From assembly GCA_964016885.1 (NCBI GenBank), contig OZ024756.1, positions 30,938,001-31,002,000 of the forward strand: a stretch of 64,000 nt of DNA, in the 5' to 3' direction. This DNA is from Eledone cirrhosa (taxonomy: Eukaryota). A model generated the notes under the pieces. It did no database searches, was not told where the DNA came from, and was given only the letters and a program-made list of their open reading frames with translations. Numbering within the stretch: the first letter of the stretch is position 1; every line of letters begins with the position of its first letter. Shown here piece after piece: positions 58,252-64,000 of this stretch. The translations under genes and the position numbers were made by a program.

Positions 58252-58445
58252 CGAAGGAAATGTGGTAAGGAACCAGGTGGACCATAACGCACCAAAGTAC
58301 TCAATACTTGGGGTAGTAGAGTGGGAAATAGGAAAAAGTATGACTCCGACGGCAGGGCTCAAGCTTTTCGACGGTTATTTCTGTATTTCTGTCCAGAATT
58401 AGCCGTCGAAACGGCTTGAGCTCAGCCGTCGGGGTCTTACTGGTT

Positions 58446-58485
<40 letters not shown>

Positions 58486-58673
58486 AAAAATATGACCCCG
58501 ACGGCAGAGCTCAAGCCGTTTTGACGGCTATTTCTGGACAGAAATAACCGTCGAAACGGCTTGAGCCCTGCCGTCGGAGTCATACTTTTTCCTATTTCCC
58601 ACTCTACTACCCTAAATAGTGAGTACTCTGGTGCGTTATGGTCCATCTGGTTCCTTACCACACAATTCCTTTG

Positions 58674-58675
<2 letters not shown>
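58250..58675. mobile_element. Two family A elements head-to-head around (TA)n
   Basis: 58250-58449 (-) and 58482-58675 (+) share variant bases (ggaaaaagtatgactcc). Confidence 0.85.
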
Positions 58676-58716
<41 letters not shown>

Positions 58717-58807
58717 AAAGTTAAACAAGGTTCAATGAATATATCAAAGACTGAGTTTTACAATAGATTGGAAGCACTCAACAAAAAAAGCTTTTCCAGA
58801 GTTATTA

Positions 58808-59046
58808 ATATTAATTCAAAATATTAACAAAATTCTTGTGATCAATTATATTTTATTATACATATTTCAGAGTTACTGAGTTAAGTTTAACAGTACGTCC
58901 TCATCACTACCATGACTGAATCTTAACCATCTACTATGTCATGCTATGTGATGCATCATCTTATTTTATCTGTACTCAGTACCTCTGAAATATGTATAAT
59001 AAAATATAATTGATCACAAGAATATCTATTTTGTTAATATTTTGAA

Positions 59047-59052
<6 letters not shown>
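58808..59052. repeat. Inverted repeat with an internally deleted hammerhead
   Basis: 58808-58881 mirrors 58974-59052; tattttat-CTG..GAAATATGTATA-ataaaata. Confidence 0.7.
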
Positions 59053-59124
<72 letters not shown>

Positions 59125-59469
59125 TAATAAATATGTATAATTATATTACTAAATAATTCAGATGCTTTTCACATCTTATACTCAGACTTAAATAATCATT
59201 CAGTAACATTCGCCTTTCATGATGATAGCATATAATTCAATGAAAATTACAACAACCATATCAATATTATATGAATAAACAACATCAAACGAAGCAGAAA
59301 AAGCTACACATTATAATGATATGATGATGATTTCGTGCCATGTGGAATTTTTCCTTTATCATTTTTTTTTTTTTTTAATATGAAATTCGAGAAGTTTTAA
59401 TTAAGATTGTGAATATGGAATTCAAATGAAACGTAAATTTACAAGTTAATGTTTTCAGGTTTATTTTCC

Positions 59470-59785
59470 ATGTGGGTTGTTGTGGTTGTTGTGGGTTTTC
59501 TTGTGGTTTTTGTGAATTTTCTGGTTGTGGTTGTAGTGATTGTTGTGGATTTTCATGTTGTTGTAGTTGTGTCTTGGATTTCCTGGTTTTGGTTGTTGAT
59601 CTTCTTGTGGTTGTTTTGGTTGTTGTGAATTTTCCTGTTGTTATTGTTGTTGATTTTCTGGTTGTGATTGTTATTGATTTTTTTGTTGCGGTTGTTGTGG
59701 GTGTTGTTGATTTTCTTGTTGTGATTGGTGCGGTTGTTGTGGATTTCTTGGTTGTGGTTGTTATGGTTATTGTGGATTTTGTTTT
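59470..59785. repeat. (GTT)-rich degenerate minisatellite
   Basis: Recurring gttgttgattttctggtt-like unit. Confidence 0.7.
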
Positions 59786-60326
59786 TCTCTTTAGTCCTTG
59801 AATGCGATGAATTGGCAGAGTCGTTAGAACGTCGGAATGAATACCTTGCAGTATTCATTCGGACTCTCTGTTCTCTGAGTTCAAAATCCCCTTGAGAAAA
59901 GGTAAGCAGGTAGGGTTTAGAGTTTTGAACATATTGTCTTTACGTGCGTATATCAGGTACTTCGTGATTTCAATTTATTCTTCCTTTTGTTGGTTCTGCG
60001 ATTTTATAAGGTTCTAGCTGCTATTTCTAGCAAATAGAGGTTTCTTTCTCGGTTTTTTTGGATCGAGTGGGTATTTTTAGTATTGACCCACACGTGTCTA
60101 TATGTATATATTTGTTCGTGTATGTGCGTATGTGTGTATGGGTACGCCTGCATATATGTGTGTATATATATATGCGAGCACATGTGTATGTGTGTTAGAA
60201 ATGTACATACTTAGTGAGTATTGTATATATAATCATTGTAGGTTCCCCAATCGAACAGCGAGGATATTAATAACGTTATTGATAATATATTTTTTAGTTA
60301 TCAAATCATTCCGTCAACATGATAAT

Positions 60327-60524
60327 TGTTTCTACTTTTGGCACAAGGCCAGCAATTATCCAGTAAATTACTGGTACTTTATTTTATCGACCCCGTAAGG
60401 ATGAAAGGCAAAGTTAACCTCGGCGAGATTTGAAATCAGATCGTAAAGGACGCAACTCTATGCTTCAAAGCATGGCGTCCGACCCTCTACCGATACTGCC
60501 AATCCACCGCCCTGTAAAGCTGTA
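60327..60524 (-). mobile_element. SINE family 1 with 11-bp TSD
   Basis: aacatgataat at 60316-60326 and 60525-60535. Confidence 0.9.
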
Positions 60525-60869
60525 AACATGATAATGTTTCCTATACTTCTGATAGATATTCCGAAAGACCTAACGGCATAGCCTCGAAGCTAGCAGTTCT
60601 TAACCTATGAACTTGCGAACTCCTGAAGATACCTTACAATTAGTAACAGAACACCTTAAGCTTGTTGAATAATCTAATTTTCGAAAAGTCAGAGGCACAT
60701 GGGAAACTTTATTAAAATGACCACTTGACTTGTTCCAAACTACAGGCATATATACATTCTATATGGGTGTCTAACTTAGGCACAGTGTGGTCAATTTGGG
60801 GGGATTGCTATAGTCGATTGTATTGTTAATAGTATTTTATTTGTACTTTATTTCATCGGGATGGATGAA

Positions 60870-61130
60870 AGGCTCGTTAGGCTGGTGCTTTTCCCGGTTT
60901 CATTGTGTGAAGCGACTGAGAATACAAGAATCTCCCTGGACAGGACGCTAGTCCATCGCAGGATTAAACCCCCAGTTATTGCTGGTACACATTTTCAGCA
61001 GAGTATACTGGATTAACGTGAAATGAAGTGTTTTGCTCAAGATCACAGCACGCAACCCAGCCCAGGAATCGAACCCACGACATTATGATCGTAAGTCCAA
61101 CACCCTTACCACTAGGCTACGTGTGTCCAC
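60870..61130 (-). mobile_element. Full-length tRNA-headed SINE family 2
   Basis: Reverse-complement head tagcctagtggtaa..gggttcgattcc (A/B boxes); head also at 1858-1945. Confidence 0.8.
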
Positions 61131-61695
61131 AAAGAGCAAATACCACAAAGTGTTATGGCCCACGCTCTAACGGTTCTTCTGGCCCACAATCCTTAATGTT
61201 ATAGTATATAAAGTGTTACTTTAAACAAATTATAACAGAATAGCCATGGCTAGAGAACATGTGATTATGATTTATTTTAATCAGGGTCGACCAGAAGTTC
61301 AACAAGTACAACAACATCAACAATATTAGCAACAACATCAACAACAACCTCGACACTTGATACGCAAATAACTATGTTTTCTGAAATTGGACTCAAGATT
61401 TAGATAAGATGATTTTACTTTCATTCGCCTGGAGAGACAGATGATGGCGATAGGAAGCTACTTAAGTATTTAATAATTAATTTGATATATCTTCATTAAA
61501 TATTCTTCTTCTGTTGATGAAGTGAAGCATTTCCTGTAGATATGGTGGATATGGGCAGCAGTGAGGCAGTGGGGTTACGCTTTATTTGATTGCCAAGTTA
61601 TGACCACAACAATGTAAAGAAGGGAGAAAAAGAGGTGAGGAGAGAGGGAGAGAGATAGAGGGGGGGGGAGATAGCAGGGAGAGAGAGCATGAAAT

Positions 61696-61745
<50 letters not shown>

Positions 61746-61806
61746 GACAGAGAGAGTGACAGAAACAGTTGCCAAACCTCTCAAACATTTCAGACTATCC
61801 ACTTAA

Positions 61807-62020
61807 CCCTTTAGCATTTAAACCGGCCGTATTCGGCCGAAATTCTCTCACCCTGTTCAAACCGGCTGTAACCAGCCACTCATACTGATGTTAATGTATT
61901 ATTCTCAAAATAAATAATATCAAAATCTCATGGATTCAATATTATGTGAGATAATTATGAGATAAAACCTTTACCGTGAAAATACAATATTAAATATAGA
62001 GTAATGCAAATGCTAAAATG
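61807..62020. mobile_element. piggyBac-type MITE
   Basis: TTAA-CCCTTTAGCATT ... AATGCTAAAATG-TTAA. Confidence 0.7.
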
Positions 62021-64000
62021 TTAAGTAAGGACAATTAAGCTTGAACTAATAATGAAAAGTGAAATCCAATATAATAAAATAAAAAAATAATATAAAAACT
62101 AAATTATAAAATACTCAAAGAAAATATAAAATACAATATAATATAAATAAGGATTTCTAATTTGGGCACGAGACCAGTAATCTTCACATCGAGGGGAAGT
62201 CGATTAAATCGATATCAGGAATTGACTAATACCTTATTTTATCGAATCCAGATGGATAAAAAGGCAGATTTTACCACGTTAAGATTTGAACTCAGAAAGT
62301 AAAATGCATTTTGTCCGATCCTCATCCGATATTACCAAACCACTAACTTATAATTCCGAATGTTGTTACAAAGCCAGCAATTTTGGCAACAACGCCAGTA
62401 ACTCTGGTGTGAAGGGAAAATCCATGAAATTGGTACCAGCCCTTTACTAGTTCTTTATTTAATTAATCCCGGAAGGATTAACAAAATATTTGACCTCGGA
62501 GGGATTGGAACTCAGAACATAAAAGGCCGTATCTAAATACTACGAAGTATTTTGACCGACGGTCTACTTTTCTAGTCCACTACTATTATTGAAATATAAA
62601 TATAAAATAACAAATGAAGGTGCTCTGCTTAAAGGTTGGGTGTTTGAAATATGAGTGTAAGTTTATGAGTTAGTTTCCTAGTGGTGTGTTAAATTCTTGG
62701 GCAACCTATTAATACTTCATTGCCTATTGCTTTAGCTGGAACGAAAACGAGTTGTACCTGTTATTCGAGTGGGCACCCTTACTAGACTGAGTGTGATGCT
62801 GAATTGGTAATTTCCTCAAGCAAGCTTTTTCTGTTGGCGAAAGAACTGGAATACTCGCTGTTTGGAACCAATGATGGTCCAACACCACCAATAATAAAAA
62901 TATCATAATATAAAATATAATTATAGAAAGTACGAGACTTCAGATCTATAAATGAATGTCTTCGATTAGTTAATGTATTCGATTACCTATTGAAATCAAT
63001 TTTACGTCCGCCAATAATGATTTGGAGGGTGGGTGTTTGGTTGTATGGAAAATGAAGGAATGACACAATATCATGTTTACACAAAAATGTCATTCCCCGT
63101 CATTAATCAATGGGAATCAATAGGTATTTTGAAGATTCAGAAGATGTCTGAGACACTTGAAAGTTCAATCAGGTCAAATATGAAGAAAACCGATATGAAA
63201 CGTATTATTTTCTAACAATGGCAGTGATCCACCTAGTTGAACGAGATATATAACATACTCACACACTTCATAACTCGAGACTACGCACAATAGCCGAATG
63301 TTTAAAACGTTTGCTTCGGAATCATGAATTCCCGGATTCGAGGTCTCCTTGTCATAAAAATCTTGTCATAAAATCACCTTCCATAAAACCTCTTCGCTCA
63401 GACTGAGGATAAAACTTGCAAAACCAAGGACTTACACCCACTACTGCTTTGAGATCTTATGCAAACTTCCCCCGAATTTCTAAAAAAAAAAGGGGGAATG
63501 TCATTTTTATAGTCTCCTTTTGATTGATAAATTGTTTAGAAAGGAAACAATATCATATGTGACACAGCTCCTATACCCCTTTTTATACGTGTTATATCAC
63601 TCAGAGTTGTTGTTGTACGTGTTATTTGGCTCAAGTTGATTCGTAAAATTTGAACTAGAACTTGAGCTGAACATTGAAAGGTTTTGGTTGGTGATGTTTT
63701 ACAGTGCTTGTTTTTATTTCCCATTCAAATTAATGTTCGCAAACTATTCTTTTTGATAACGTGTATTGGACAATAGAAACTCTCTAATCTTGCAGTTCCG
63801 TTCGTCTGTCTAATTGTTATCGGTGTTTGTTTGTTTTTTTTCGGAGGGTGGGTGGTGGAGGGAGAGGGATTTTTGTTGTTGTTTGATTTTTTTTTCGTTT
63901 TAGAATGACTACTTGGAGGAGCTCCGTGAAACGTGGCCGTTCACAACAAGCAATAAGAACAACATCAACATCAACAAGAACAAAAACAACATTAAAAATA

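Noticed and set aside
59472-59858. Cys/Val-rich or Asn-rich ORFs
   Set aside because: Translation of a GTT-rich minisatellite

Overview
Very AT-rich, microsatellite-saturated animal DNA, intronic or intergenic. A coleoid cephalopod such as Octopus is my inference from the repeat types. I found no host protein-coding gene: almost every ORF in the track is a translated (TA)n/(CA)n/(GA)n/(TAA)n tract. Recognisable content includes many tRNA-derived SINE copies, 3' fragments of RLE-type non-LTR retrotransposons (R4/Dong-like inside TAA repeats, and CRE-like), RTE-like pieces, and Tc1/mariner, pogo-like and piggyBac-like remnants or MITEs. The main hidden signal is in the short unique-looking islands between (TA)n tracts. 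They repeatedly carry minimal type I hammerhead ribozyme motifs (stem I-CUGANGA-stem II-GAAA-short palindromic stem III-UH-stem I, usually followed by AATAAA). By eye there are about a dozen near-complete motifs from several unrelated families, plus degenerate and half motifs. One family is always folded back exactly at hammerhead stem II. This resembles Penelope-like element (PLE) terminal repeats or retrozymes colonising (TA)n tracts. Inverted duplications centred on (TA)n tracts are also pervasive. All structures were folded by eye and no cleavage activity is shown.
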